NCBI GenBank assembly: GCA_964016885.1
Contig: OZ024754.1
Coordinates: 31,806,001-31,870,000 of the forward strand
DNA: 64,000 bases
From: Eledone cirrhosa
Taxonomy: Eukaryota
Reading direction: 5' to 3'
A program made the translations under genes and the position numbers. Below, piece by piece: positions 27,806 to 43,435 of this stretch; the first letter of the stretch is position 1; the number at the start of each line of letters is the position of its first letter. Below the pieces are notes generated by a model, which saw only the letters and a list, made by a program, of their open reading frames with translations, had not been told where the DNA came from and searched no databases.

Positions 27806-30450
27806 ACATACATATATAATATATTATATTTAATTGTTTAATTGATTGTTTGTAAACCTAGTTGAGAGTTTATTCGAGGCTGTGAAAAAATCCTTTGTTC
27901 ACACTTTGAATGCGCCCGCCAAAACAAAACTTCGACCAACTGACCTTCCTCTTTTTTGAGAAAGGTCACGTGAACTCACTGTCAAGTTTACTGCTACGGT
28001 AGGCTGACACAGGAAACGATCGTACAAGCTCCGGCATTTGGATATCTTCTGCTCCTCTGCATTATAAATAGCATTGACCAGGTTTGTGGTCGAAGCGACA
28101 AGATTGGAACCGGAAAACGTTTAAGAGTATGCGTCGTTTAAGTGACCTACACACACGACGGCCAAGGCTCAGTCCGATGTGGGTGCACTCATCATCAAGA
28201 AGGGTACCGTTTGAATGAGAAGGGCACCGATTTGAGCCACATGCCAATGTTTGGTTGCGACACAGAACAAATAAAGTGTTGGTCCAAGGAAGACTCTATC
28301 CTCATGCATTTCATGTCATCCCAGTTGCGTTGATATCCTATAAACTAGTTGACAATGAGCCCATCATCAACCCAAACAGCCTGCACTGACTGGATTTCTT
28401 AGTCCACATTTCATTCTGATATCTCGAAAAGATCTTCGTTGATGAGGGTACGGCTGGAGATGATGGAATATAGATAGACCAGCAGCGCAAGATTACATGT
28501 TGCAGAGAGGCCGAGGCAAAATATCTTCACGCTGAGTTTCGCCTGCTGCCAGCTGACATTGTTAAAATTTACTTTGCAAATATAGTTTGAAATTTTTTGC
28601 TGCGTAGTGGCTTTATACATTCTAGTATTGCTTACACAGTTTCATACCTGCTAACAGCCTCATTTTGAGTGTGTCCGTGAAACACACATATATACCAGGT
28701 CCCAATACAAAGGAACCAAAATCCCACCGTCACTGCACCCGTCTCTCCCGCTCTCCCCATCTCTCTCTAATGTGGGTCCACGCGCTGGCCGCCACGCGGC
28801 CCCGGCGGACAAAATAGAGAAGGTGTTTCCCTGGAGGATGGCGAAGGAGAGGCGCTGGAAGAGCCATTATACGTTAAATCAATTATTTGTTTCTACTTTA
28901 GGCACAAGGCCAGCAATAACTCAGTTCATTACTGGTACTTTATTTTATCGACCCCGTAAGGATGAAAGGCAAAGTCATCAATTATTGTTTATTAAATAGG
29001 CGCAAGAATGGCTGTATAGATAAGGAGTTCGCTTCGCAACCACATGGTTTCGCGTTCACTCCCACATGGTCTTTTACAATAAGTATCACGTGACATCTTG
29101 GAAAAGTGTCTTCTAATGTAGCCACGGATTAACAACAATGTCGTGTCAGTGAAATTTGGTCGATGGAAACAACAGAAAAAAAGGAAAGGCCAATCGTAAG
29201 ATTGGATCAAGGAAACAATGTTTCAACTGGTCTTTCCATTCAAACTATTTAACTGAAGAACGCAACACACCTACCGGTCTAGGAAAGCAAAGCTACGACC
29301 TTATGATCGTGAGTCCAACACTCTAACTGAAAATATAGGGTAGGAGAAAGCAAAGCTGTGTGTGTGTCAGTGTACTTGATATCAAAAGACTATTTCATCA
29401 GCTCAACATTACAATCTGACGATATGTGTATGCGTATGTACAAGTGTGTGTGTGTGCGTGTGAGTATGTTTGTGTGTGTGCGTGTGAGTATGTTTGTGTG
29501 TGTGTGAGTGAGAGAGAGTGTGTGTGTGTGTGTGTGTGTAAACACACAAAATCTACAAATATAGACCACTAGCTTCTAACTGGCCAACCCTTAAAAGGCC
29601 AAACTTGTCATTTGTAAAGAGATTGGACTTGTTGCAAGAAACAGACAAGAAATATTGTAAGGTCAGGTATAGGAAATACCAAAACCTTTAGCTAATAACA
29701 AATATATATGACTTATATATGTTATCTTTATATGTTAGTATTGTTTTCCAGTTGGATAGTTTGATAGCTGGTTACTTAGGCAGCATGTATTAACGGTAGT
29801 GCACTATAGGATATTTAATTGCGAACATAAGGTTCTTAAAATCCTTCGCTAAATACAAACCACAACCTCCCTACGGACAACTGACGCTGCACACCAGGTC
29901 CTAACACGGAATAGCCGAACTCCCACTGTCATCGTCTCCATCTCTCTCGTCCACTCCATCTCTCTGTATTATGAGCAAATGAGGTCCCATGTGCTGGCTG
30001 CCCCATGGCTCCGGCGGTCAGAATGAAGAAGGCGTTTCCTCGAAGGATGGTAAGGGAGTCCCTTCATGAACTGCAGAAGCCGTCAGACATTAAACCTGCT
30101 GCTGCGGCGACGAAGACGACGACTTCTCTAAAGATATTTGAGAATTGACCAAGCAAACTTAATCTTAGTATATTTCTGCAATTATCAAAGGCGTAATATA
30201 GATTCGGTGGTTTGTGGCCTGTCATAGGACTTAGAAATCATACATACCCAATGTTTTAACATGCCAATGAAATGGGTATCTGTCAGTTTCGACGATGAGC
30301 GTTCAGGCTGTTTGATCAAGAGAACAGCTTGCTCGTGAAATTACCGCGTAAGTGGGTAAGAATTCCACAGACACGTGTACACTTAAAATAATTCTAAGGG
30401 AGATTCAGTATGACAGAGTGAGTGATAAGGCTGGCTTTTTTAATTATGCA

Positions 30451-30575
30451 GCTACTACTACTACTACTACTATTACTAGTACTACTACTACTACTACTAC
30501 TGTTGCTGCTACTTACTGCTGCTGCTGCTGCTGCTGCTGCTACTACTATTACTACTAATACTACTCCTGCTGTTG

Positions 30576-30638
<63 letters not shown>
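30451..30638. repeat. Compound (ACT)n/(GCT)n trinucleotide microsatellite
   Basis: Read directly. It follows a SINE-tail-like sequence (GCTCGTGAAATTA…CACAGACACGTGTAC). Confidence 0.9.
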
Positions 30639-30786
30639 TCTTTCATGTTAACACAGAAATTATTATATATAAACTTGCTATCTCTAACGTAAACATAAAC
30701 ACATCGTTTTACATCTTGGCTTTCATTACAACATACAATACAAAATAATAGAATTCTCAACACTATATATTAACACAGAAATTATT

Positions 30787-32305
30787 TTAATCAATTTTTC
30801 TCTTCTTCTTACAACAAACAGATAAACATTTTTTTCCAATCAGATATATGAAATATATCAATAGAAATGTCACTGCAAATATAGGAACCAACACATCGAT
30901 CATGAGAAATTCATACAATGGACTCTCTTGACATGGAGATTTTAGATATGTTCCACCATACTTTAAAATATGATCAATATGGCGAGCTGATTTCTTTGCT
31001 GGATGTTCGGGACGAGAGTGAAATATTTCACTTGCTCTTTTAATGTTCTTAGAATATTTATCATTTTCAATCAATTCATTTATTTTCTCTATTAATTCCT
31101 CACTAGTAAAGTTTTCTATGTCTAGAGAAACACCATATCCTTTGGTGGTCATTCTACGTGCATTATAATGTTGATCACCAAATAAGGGAATTCCTAGCAT
31201 TGGTACACCATGGAACAAAGCTTCAAACTGACCACTATTTCCACAATGAGTAACAAACAATTTAGTTTTTGGATGTCCAAGCAGGTCATTTTGTGGTATC
31301 CAGTTACTGAGATAGATATTCTTATGAGAAAATGATGTTTTCTTCTGTCTCCACACAACATCATATTTTATTTGTTTAAAAGCATTTTGTAGTTTTTCTA
31401 ATTGAGCATCGGGGAAATCATCGATATTACTTCCAAATGATACAAGGACTATTCCGTTCTTAGAAGCATTTACAAATTCCAGTAATTCTCCCTTCAAGGG
31501 TAGCGAATGTTTTGTAACGAGACCACCAACATATCTTACGTTTGGAAGTTGGGGTATAGGAAAATCTAAAAGTATATCTTTTTCAATCAGAAAAAATTGT
31601 GCCTGGTGCAGTAAATCTATCAAAGAGATATCAGGTTTGTCTTTAGCGTATGTTTTGATACTGTGTGAAGGTGATCCTATGGGAGGAATGCTATACTCTA
31701 CAATAGAAAACAAAGTAGTTATTATCTTTTCTAAATATGTCATCTTGTCCGTGAATCCGATCATGCTATTTGGGAAAAAACTGGGGAGCCATGGATTACG
31801 ATGAATACTGGGAAATATCTCAGATCCTGTGATAACAAACTGTATTGAGAGTTGATAAGCAATAATTGTAAGACAATTCGTAAAAAACAACCCGTTGATA
31901 ACAACTAAACTGGCGTTGACTGCTCTCAGTGATTCGATCCACTTCTCATTGTTTAAAAATCTATCACACATCATAGGAAGTTCCCTCAATGCGTTTCGCA
32001 TCATATAAATACGTTTTGATGTTTCATTCTGCTTCTGTGTTTCAGATTGTATTTTTTCAATTTCTGGTATGTCATCCATTGGAATGGAATGTATGTATTT
32101 TTCGTTGCGGTAAGTTTCAGTGAGTTTTTTACTCAGAGTAAAATAGTTCTTATGTCCATATTTTGTTAATTCGTTTGCTATAGAAATCATCGGATTTAAG
32201 TGACCATAAAAAGGCCATGCTAGATATAAAATATTTTTCACTGCTAACTGTCCTTAAAGGGATAACAGTGCATAATACCAGAGTTGTGATAAATAAACTC
32301 TTCAT
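30787..32305 (-). pseudogene. UGT copy 2 with a +1 frameshift just after the signal peptide (pseudogene or homopolymer sequencing error)
   Basis: The homologous ATG is at 32303-32305. The span is 1519 nt versus 1518 in the other copies. It has AAAATATTTTTCACTG (5 T) at about 32228-32243 versus 4 T in copy 1. The remaining frame is open to KKKRKID*. Confidence 0.85.
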
Positions 32306-32782
32306 TGCTTTTCCCGAAGTAGTGTCCTGAAATAATAGATTTAGAGAGATTAAACTGTGGTTATATAAGAAATAGAGTTGTCTTTATGTATTAGAATCAG
32401 GAAGTTATAACGAAAAAACAAATTCCACAATAGAAGGGGAAGAGCTTGGTGGATCATTTACTCTTTTACTCCTTTACCTGTTCCAGCCATCCGGCTGAGG
32501 CCATGCTGGGGTACCTGCCTTAGAGGAATAATTAACGTGTGAGTATTCCACATACACGTGTACACTTAATTATGCTGCTGCTGCTGCTACTACTAATGCT
32601 GCTACCGCCAAGATAGAGTTATGTACATAGAGAGAGAAATGAAACGTCATTTGTTTAGCAAGAGAGAGAGAGAGAGTGAGAGAGAACATGTGTGTGTGTG
32701 CGTATGTGTGTGTATGTGTGTGTATGTGTGTGTGTGTGTCAGAAAGAAGGAGAATACGTCGCCCTCATCTAGTAATAATAAT

Positions 32783-33208
32783 AATTGTTTCTACTTTAGG
32801 CACAAAGCCAGCAATTACCCAGTACATTACTGGTACTTTATTTTATCGACCCCGTAAGGATGAAAGGCAAAGTCAACCTCGGCGGCATTTGAACTCAGAT
32901 CGTAAAGGGACGTAACTCTATGCTGGAAAGCATGGCGTCCGACCCTCTACCGATACTGCCAATCCACCGCCCTTAGTAATAATAATAATAGTTTCTGATT
33001 TAGGCACAAGGCCAGCAATTTTGGGGGACGGGGACGGGGAAGTCTATTAAATCGACCCCAGCGCGTGACTGGTACTTTATTTTATCGACCTCTTAAGGAT
33101 GAAGGGCAAAGCTAACCTCGGCGGGATTTAAAACTCGGAATGTAAAGGGCCGTAACTCTGTGCTGTGAAGCAGGTGTCTGGACGCTCCACCGATTCTGCC
33201 AATTCACC
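32783..33208 (-). mobile_element. Two tandem tRNA-derived SINE copies (main family and hairpin subfamily)
   Basis: 32783-32970 and 32991-33208 carry the same blocks as 8930-9368. (TAA)n flanks the first copy. Confidence 0.85.
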
Positions 33209-33538
33209 AAAGTCTTTTATTGGCCACAAGAGGCCATTAGGACAATATAAAGCCCCAAACAACACAGTACAATTTAGGTTAGGACATCCATTGAAAATAA
33301 ATTAGTAGATATAACAATAACACAGTGATGACTAAATATTTTCTTTAGTTTTCTTTCTATATTTTCATGTGAAATATTTATGTAATAAACTAATAGAGAT
33401 ATATGTGTGTATATGTGTTGAACTTTGACAGCTATAGAATTTCTGTTTGTAATTCCAAGCTATCTATAGTGACAATATATTTGTTTGGTGGGAAATGTGA
33501 ACTTTGCTATTATGTAATATCACGTATACATTGTTTAT

Positions 33539-36500
33539 TTCAATATGTACATGTATAGAGCCGTAACTTCAATATGTACATGTATGGAGCCGTAACTTCA
33601 ATATGTACATGTATGGAGCCGTAACTTCAATATGTACATGTATGGTGCCGTAACTTCTATATGTACATGTATGGTGCCGTAACTTCAATATGTACATGTA
33701 TGGAGCCGTAACTTCAATATGTACATGTATGGAGCCGTAACTTCAATATGTACATGTATGGTGCCGTAACTTCTATATGTACATGTATGGTGCCGTAACT
33801 TCTATATGTACATGTATGGAGCCGTAACTTCAATATGTACATGTATGGTGCCGTAACTTCTATATGTATATGTATGGAGCCGTAACTTCATTATGTACAT
33901 GTATGGAGCCGTAACTTCAATATGTACATGTATAGAGCCGTAACTTCAATATGTACATGTATGGAGCCGTAACTTCTATATGTACATGTATGGAGCCGTA
34001 ACTTCAATATGTACATGTATGGTGCCGTAACTTCTATATGTACATGTATGGAGCCGTAACTTCAATATGTACATGTATGGTGCCGTAACTTCAATATGTA
34101 CATGTATGGAGCCGTAACTTCAATATGTACATGTATGGTGCCGTAACTTCAATATGTACATGTATGGAGCCGTAACTTCTATATGTACATGTATGGAGCC
34201 GTAACTTCAATATGTACATGTATGGTGCCGTAACTTCTATATGTACATGTATGGAGCCGTAACTTCAATATGTACATGTATGGTGCCGTAACTTCTATAT
34301 GTACATGTATGGAGCCGTAACTTCAATATGTACATGTATGGAGCCGTAACTTCAATATGTACATGTATGGAGCCGTAACTTCAATATGTATATGTATGGT
34401 GCCGTAACTTCAATATGTACATGTATGGAGCCGTAACTTCAATATGTACATGTATGGAGCCGTAACTTCAATATGTATATGTATGGAGCCGTAACTTCAA
34501 TATGTACATGTATGGAGCCGTAACTTCAATATGTACATGTATGGTGCCGTAACTTCAATAGGTACATGTATGGAGCCGTAACTTCTATATGTACATGTAT
34601 GGAGCCGTAACTTCAATATGTACATGTATGGAGCCGTAACTTCTATATGTACATGTATGGTGCCGTAACTTCATTATGTACATGTATGGAGCCGTAACTT
34701 CAATATGTACATGTATGGTGCCGTAACTTCACTATGTATATGTATGGTGCCGTAACTTCAATATGTACATGTATGGAGCCGTAACTTCAATATGTACATG
34801 TATGGTGCCGTAACTTCAATATGTACATGTATGGTGCCGTAACTTCTATATGTACATGTATGGAGCCGTAACTTCAATATGTACATGTATGGAGCCGTAA
34901 CTTCAATATGTACATGTATGGTGCCGTAACTTCAATATGTATATGTATGGAGCCGTAACTTCAATATGTATATGTATGGAGCCGTAACTTCAATATGTAC
35001 ATGTATGGTGCCGTAACTTCAATATGTACATGTATGGAGCCGTAACTTCTATATGTACATGTATGGAGCCGTAACTTCAATATGTACATGTATGGAGCCG
35101 TAACTTCAATATGTACATGTATAGAGCCGTAACTTCAATATGTACATGTATGGAGCCGTAACTTCAATATGTACATGTATGGAGCCGTAACTTCAATATG
35201 TACATGTATGGTGCCGTAACTTCAATATGTACATGTATGGAGCCGTAACTTCAATATGTACATGTATGGTGCCGTAACTTCAATATGTACATGTATGGTG
35301 CCGTAACTTCAATATGTACATGTATGGTGCCGTAACTTCAATATGTACATGTATGGTGCCGTAACTTCAATATGTACATGTATGGAGCCGTAACTTCAAT
35401 ATGTACATGTATGGTGCCGTAACTTCAATATGTACATGTATGGAGCCGTAACTTCAATATGTACATGTATGGTGCCGTAACTTCAATATGTACATGTATG
35501 GAGCCGTAACTTCAATATGTACATGTATGGTGCCGTAACTTCAATATGTACATGTATGGAGCCGTAACTTCAATATGTACATGTATGGTGCCGTAACTTC
35601 AATATGTACATGTATGGAGCCGTAACTTCAATATGTACATGTATGGTGCCGTAACTTCAATATGTACATGTATGGTGCCGTAACTTCAATATGTACATGT
35701 ATGGTGCCGTAACTTCATTATGTACATGTATGGTGCCGTAACTTCAATATGTACATGTATGGAGCCGTAACTTCTATATGTACATGTATGGAGCCGTAAC
35801 TTCAATATGTACATGTATGGAGCCGTAACTTCTATATGTACATGTATGGTGCCGTAACTTCATTATGTACATGTATGGTGCCGTAACTTCAATATGTACA
35901 TGTATGGTGCCGTAACTTCTATATGTACATGTATGGAGCCGTAACTTCAATATGTATATGTATGGAGCCGTAACTTCAATATGTACATGTATGGTGCCGT
36001 AACTTCATTATGTACATGTATGGTGCCGTAACTTCAATATGTACATGTATGGAGCCGTAACTTCTATATGTACATGTATGGAGCCGTAACTTCAATATGT
36101 ACATGTATGGAGCCGTAACTTCTATATGTACATGTATGGTGCCGTAACTTCATTATGTACATGTATGGTGCCGTAACTTCAATATGTACATGTATGGAGC
36201 CGTAACTTCTATATGTACATGTATGGAGCCGTAACTTCACTATGTACATGTATGGAGCCGTAACTTCAATATGTACATGTATGGAGCCGTAACTTCTATA
36301 TGTACATGTATGGAGCCGTAACTTCAATATGTATATGTATGGAGCCGTAACTTCAATATGTACATGTATGGTGCCGTAACTTCTATATGTACATGTATGG
36401 AGCCGTAACTTCAATATGTATATGTATGGAGCCGTAACTTCAATATGTACATGTATGGTGCCGTAACTTCTATATGTACATGTATGGAGCCGTAACTTCA

Positions 36501-39500
36501 ATATGTACATGTATGGAGCCGTAACTTCATTATGTACATGTATGGAGCCGTAACTTCTATATGTACATGTATGGAGCCGTAACTTCAATATGTACATGTA
36601 TGGAGCCGTAACTTCTATATGTACATGTATGGTGCCGTAACTTCAATATGTACATGTATGGAGCCGTAACTTCAATATGTACATGTATGGTGCCGTAACT
36701 TCAATATGTACATGTATGGAGCCGTAACTTCAATATGTACATGTATGGAGCCGTAACTTCAATATGTACATGTATGGAGCCGTAACTTCAATATGTACAT
36801 GTATGGAGCCGTAACTTCAATATGTACATGTATGGAGCCGTAACTTCAATATGTACATGTATGGAGCCGTAACTTCTATATGTACATGTATGGAGCCGTA
36901 ACTTCTATATGTACATGTATGGAGCCGTAACTTCAATATGTACATGTATGGAGCCGTAACTTCTATATGTACATGTATGGAGCCGTAACTTCAATATGTA
37001 CATGTATGGAGCCGTAACTTCTATATGTACATGTATGGAGCCGTAACTTCTATATGTACATGTATGGAGCCGTAACTTCAATATGTACATGTATGGAGCC
37101 GTAACTTCAATATGTACATGTATGGAGCCGTAACTTCTATATGTACATGTATGGAGCCGTAACTTCACTATGTACATGTATGGAGCCGTAACTTCAATAT
37201 GTATATGTATGGAGCCGTAACTTCAATATGTATATGTATGGTGCCGTAACTTCAATATGTACATGTATGGTGCCGTAACTTCAATATGTACATGTATGGA
37301 GCCGTAACTTCAATATGTACATGTATGGAGCCGTAACTTCACTATGTACATGTATGGAGCCGTAACTTCACTATGTACATGTATGGAGCCGTAACTTCAC
37401 TATGTACATGTATGGAGCCGTAACTTCAATATGTATATGTATGGAGCCGTAACTTCAATATGTATATGTATGGTGCCGTAACTTCAATATGTATATGTAT
37501 GGAGCCGTAACTTCAATATGTACATGTATGGTGCCGTAACTTCAATATGTACATGTATGGTGCCGTAACTTCAATATGTATATGTATGGTGCCGTAACTT
37601 CAATATGTATATGTATGGTGCCGTAACTTCAATATGTACATGTATGGAGCCGTAACTTCAATATGTATATGTATGGAGCCGTAACTTCTATATGTACATG
37701 TATGGTGCCGTAACTTCAATATGTACATGTATGGAGCCGTAACTTCAATATGTACATGTATGGTGCCGTAACTTCAATATGTACATGTATGGTGCCGTAA
37801 CTTCACTATGTATATGTATGGAGCCGTAACTTCAATATGTACATGTATGGTGCCGTAACTTCACTATGTATATGTATGGAGCCGTAACTTCAATATGTAT
37901 ATGTATGGAGCCGTAACTTCAATATGTACATGTATGGAGCCGTAACTTCAATATGTACATGTATGGAGCCGTAACTTCAATATGTACATGTATGGAGCCG
38001 TAACTTCAATATGTACATGTATGGTGCCGTAACTTCAATATGTACATGTATGGTGCCGTAACTTCACTATGTATATGTATGGAGCCGTAACTTCAATATG
38101 TACATGTATGGTGCCGTAACTTCACTATGTATATGTATGGAGCCGTAACTTCAATATGTATATGTATGGAGCCGTAACTTCAATATGTACATGTATGGAG
38201 CCGTAACTTCAATATGTACATGTATGGAGCCGTAACTTCAATATGTATATGTATGGAGCCGTAACTTCAATATGTACATGTATGGAGCCGTAACTTCAAT
38301 ATGTACATGTATGGAGCCGTAACTTCAATATGTACATGTATGGAGCCGTAACTTCAATATGTACATGTATGGTGCCGTAACTTCAATATGTACATGTATG
38401 GAGCCGTAACTTCAATATGTACATGTATGGAGCCGTAACTTCTATATGTATATGTATGGTGCCGTAACTTCTATATGTACATGTATGGAGCCGTAACTTC
38501 AATATGTACATGTATGGAGCCGTAACTTCTATATGTACATGTATGGAGCCGTAACTTCAATATGTACATGTATGGAGCCGTAACTTCAATATGTACATGT
38601 ATGGAGCCGTAACTTCAATATGTACATGTATGGAGCCGTAACTTCAATATGTACATGTATGGAGCCGTAACTTCAATATGTACATGTATGGAGCCGTAAC
38701 TTCAATATGTACATGTATGGAGCCGTAACTTCAATATGTACATGTATGGAGCCGTAACTTCAATATGTACATGTATGGAGCCGTAACTTCAATATGTACA
38801 TGTATGGTGCCGTAACTTCAATATGTATATGTATGGAGCCGTAACTTCAATATGTACATGTATGGTGCCGTAACTTCAATATGTACATGTATGGTGCCGT
38901 AACTTCAATATGTATATGTATGGTGCCGTAACTTCAATATGTACATGTATGGAGCCGTAACTTCACTATGTACATGTATGGAGCCGTAACTTCAATATGT
39001 ACATGTATGGAGCCGTAACTTCAATATGTACATGTATGGAGCCGTAACTTCAATATGTACATGTATGGTGCCGTAACTTCAATATGTACATGTATGGTGC
39101 CGTAACTTCAATATGTATATGTATGGTGCCGTAACTTCAATATGTACATGTATGGAGCCGTAACTTCACTATGTACATGTATGGAGCCGTAACTTCAATA
39201 TGTACATGTATGGAGCCGTAACTTCAATATGTACATGTATGGAGCCGTAACTTCAATATGTACATGTATGGTGCCGTAACTTCAATATGTACATGTATGG
39301 TGCCGTAACTTCAATATGTATATGTATGGTGCCGTAACTTCAATATGTACATGTATGGAGCCGTAACTTCACTATGTACATGTATGGAGCCGTAACTTCA
39401 ATATGTACATGTATGGAGCCGTAACTTCAATATGTACATGTATGGAGCCGTAACTTCAATATGTACATGTATGGTGCCGTAACTTCAATATGTATATGTA

Positions 39501-42500
39501 TGGTGCCGTAACTTCAATATGTACATGTATGGAGCCGTAACTTCAATATGTACATGTATGGAGCCGTAACTTCAATATGTACATGTATGGTGCCGTAACT
39601 TCAATATGTATATGTATGGTGCCGTAACTTCAATATGTACATGTATGGAGCCGTAACTTCACTATGTACATGTATGGTGCCGTAACTTCAATATGTACAT
39701 GTATGGTGCCGTAACTTCAATATGTATATGTATGGTGCCGTAACTTCAATATGTACATGTATGGAGCCGTAACTTCAATATGTACATGTATGGAGCCGTA
39801 ACTTCAATATGTACATGTATGGTGCCGTAACTTCAATATGTATATGTATGGAGCCGTAACTTCAATATGTACATGTATGGTGCCGTAACTTCAATATGTA
39901 CATGTATGGTGCCGTAACTTCAATATGTATATGTATGGAGCCGTAACTTCAATATGTACATGTATGGAGCCGTAACTTCAATATGTACATGTATGGAGCC
40001 GTAACTTCAATATGTACATGTATGGAGCCGTAACTTCAATATGTACATGTATGGAGCCGTAACTTCAATATGTACATGTATGGAGCCGTAACTTCACTAT
40101 GTACATGTATGGAGCCGTAACTTCAATGTGTACATGTATGGAGCCGTAACTTCAATATGTACATGTATGGAGCCGTAACTTCAATATGTACATGTATGGT
40201 GCCGTAACTTCAATATGTACATGTATGGAGCCGTAACTTCAATATGTACATGTATGTAGCCGTAACTTCAATATGTACATGTATGGAGCCGTAACTTCAC
40301 TATGTACATGTATGGAGCCGTAACTTCAATATGTACATGTATGGTGCCGTAACTTCTATATGTACATGTATGGTGCCGTAACTTCAATATGTACATGTAT
40401 GGAGCCTTAACTTCAATATGTACATGTATGGTGCCGTAACTTCAATATGTACATGTATGGTGCCGTAACTTCAATATGTACATGTATGGTGCCGTAACTT
40501 CAATATGTACATGTATGGTGCCGTAACTTCACTATGTACATGTATGGAGCCGTAACTTCTATATCTACATGTATGGTGCCGTAACTTCAATATGTACATG
40601 TATGGAGCCGTAACTTCACTATGTACATGTATGGTGCCGTAACTTCAATATGTACATGTATGGTGCCGTAACTTCTATATGTACATGTATGGTGCCGTAA
40701 CTTCAATATGTACATGTATGGAGCCTTAACTTCAATATGTACATGTATGGTGCCGTAACTTCAATATGTACATGTATGGTGCCGTAACTTCAATATGTAC
40801 ATGTATGGTGCCGTAACTTCAATATGTACATGTATGGTGCCGTAACTTCAATATGTACATGTATGGTGCCGTAACTTCAATATGTACATGTATGGTGCCG
40901 TAACTTCAATATGTACATGTATGGTGCCGTAACTTCAATATGTACATGTATGGAGCCGTAACTTCACTATGTACATGTATAGAGCCGTAACTTCTATATG
41001 TACATGTATGGTGCCGTAACTTCAATATGTACATGTATGGAGCCGTAACTTCAATATGTACATGTATGGAGCCGTAACTTCAATATGTATATGTATGGAG
41101 CCGTAACTTCAATATGTACATGTATGGAGCCGTAACTTCAATATGTACATGTATGGTGCCGTAACTTCAATATGTATATGTATGGTGCCGTAACTTCAAT
41201 ATGTACATGTATGGAGCCGTAACTTCAATATGTACATGTATGGAGCCGTAACTTCAATATGTACATGTATGGTGCCGTAACTTCAATATGTACATGTATG
41301 GTGCCGTAACTTCAATATGTACATGTATGGAGCCGTAACTTCACTATGTACATGTATGGTGCCGTAACTTCAATATGTACATGTATGGTGCCGTAACTTC
41401 AATATGTACATGTATGGTGCCGTAACTTCAATATGTACATGTATGGAGCCGTAACTTCACTATGTACATGTATAGAGCCGTAACTTCTATATGTACATGT
41501 ATGGTGCCGTAACTTCAATATGTACATGTATGGAGCCGTAACTTCAATATGTACATGTATAGAGCCGTAACTTCAATATGTACATGTATGGTGCCGTAAC
41601 TTCAATATGTACATGTATGGTGCCGTAACTTCAATATGTACATGTATGGAGCCGTAACTTCAATATGTACATGTATGGAGCCGTAACTTCAATATGTACA
41701 TGTATGGAGCCGTAACTTCTATATGTACATGTATGGAGCCGTAACTTCAATATGTACATGTATGGTGCCGTAACTTCAATATGTATATGTATGGAGCCGT
41801 AACTTCAATATGTACATGTATGGAGCCGTAACTTCAATATGTACATGTATGGAGCCGTAACTTCTATATGTACATGTATGGAGCCGTAACTTCAATATGT
41901 ACATGTATGGTGCCGTAACTTCTATATGTACATGTATGGTGCCGTAACTTCAATATGTATATGTATGGAGCCGTAACTTCAATATGTACATGTATGGAGC
42001 CGTAACTTCAATATGTACATGTATGGAGCCGTAACTTCAATATGTACATGTATGGAGCCGTAACTTCTATATGTACATGTATGGAGCCGTAACTTCAATA
42101 TGTATATGTATGGAGCCGTAACTTCAATATGTACATGTATGGAGCCGTAACTTCTATATGTATATGTATGGAGCCGTAACTTCAATATGTACATGTATGG
42201 AGCCGTAACTTCAATATGTACATGTATGGTGCCGTAACTTCTATATGTATATGTATAGAGCCGTAACTTCTATATGTACATGTATGGAGCCGTAACTTCT
42301 ATATGTACATGTATGGTGCCGTAACTTCTATATGTACATGTATGGAGCCGTAACTTCTATATGTACATGTATGGAGCCGTAACTTCAATATGTACATGTA
42401 TGGAGCCGTAACTTCTATATGTACATGTATGGAGCCGTAACTTCTATATGTACATGTATGGAGCCGTAACTTCAATATGTACATGTATGGAGCCGTAACT

Positions 42501-43330
42501 TCTATATGTACATGTATGGAGCCGTAACTTCAATATGTACATGTATGGTGCCGTAACTTCTATATGTACATGTATGGAGCCGTAACTTCAATATGTACAT
42601 GTATGGTGCCGTAACTTCAATATGTACATGTATGGAGCCGTAACTTCAATATGTACATGTATGGAGCCGTAACTTCAATATGTATATGTATGGAGCCGTA
42701 ACTTCAATATGTACATGTATGGAGCCGTAACTTCTATATGTACATGTATGGTGCCGTAACTTCTATATGTACATGTATGGAGCCGTAACTTCTATATGTA
42801 CATGTATGGAGCCGTAACTTCTATATGTACATGTATGGTGCCGTAACTTCTATATGTACATGTATGGAGCCGTAACTTCAATATGTACATGTATGGTGCC
42901 GTAACTTCAATATGTACATGTATGGAGCCGTAACTTCTATATGTACATGTATGGTGCCGTAACTTCTATATGTACATGTATGGAGCCGTAACTTCTATAT
43001 GTACATGTATGGTGCCGTAACTTCAATATGTACATGTATGGTGCCGTAACTTCAATATGTACATGTATGGAGCCGTAACTTCTATATGTACATGTATGGT
43101 GCCGTAACTTCTATATGTACATGTATGGAGCCGTAACTTCTATATGTACATGTATGGTGCCGTAACTTCTATATGTACATGTATGGAGCCGTAACTTCAA
43201 TATGTACATGTATGGTGCCGTAACTTCAATATGTACATGTATGGAGCCGTAACTTCAATATGTACATGTATGGTGCCGTAACTTCTATATGTACATGTAT
43301 GGTGCCGTAACTTCAATATGTATATGTATG
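33539..43330. repeat. 29-bp tandem satellite (consensus AATATGTACATGTATGGWGCCGTAACTTC), about 337 units
   Basis: Unit read directly. ORF periodicity of 29 aa equals 3 units. No obvious indels; variation is nearly confined to a few positions. Confidence 0.97.
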
Positions 43331-43435
43331 ATCCTACAACTCCTGATAGAGTTGTAGGGGCGCAGTATTGACATAAGGCGTTTCTTGGCCATTTTTTCAT
43401 ATGTAACCCATTTGCAACTCCGCGGCGCCCTTATT

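Noticed and set aside
27870-28660. Possible decayed mariner transposase region
   Set aside because: The start (CGAGGCTGTGAAAAAA) is vaguely TIR-like, but I found no matching right TIR or convincing WVPH/YSPDL motifs.
33539-43330. 29-bp repeat length resembling a CRISPR direct repeat, and 29-aa repeat ORFs
   Set aside because: Units are head-to-tail with no unique spacers, there are no cas genes, and the context is eukaryotic. The ORFs arise where stop-removing variants fall every third unit.
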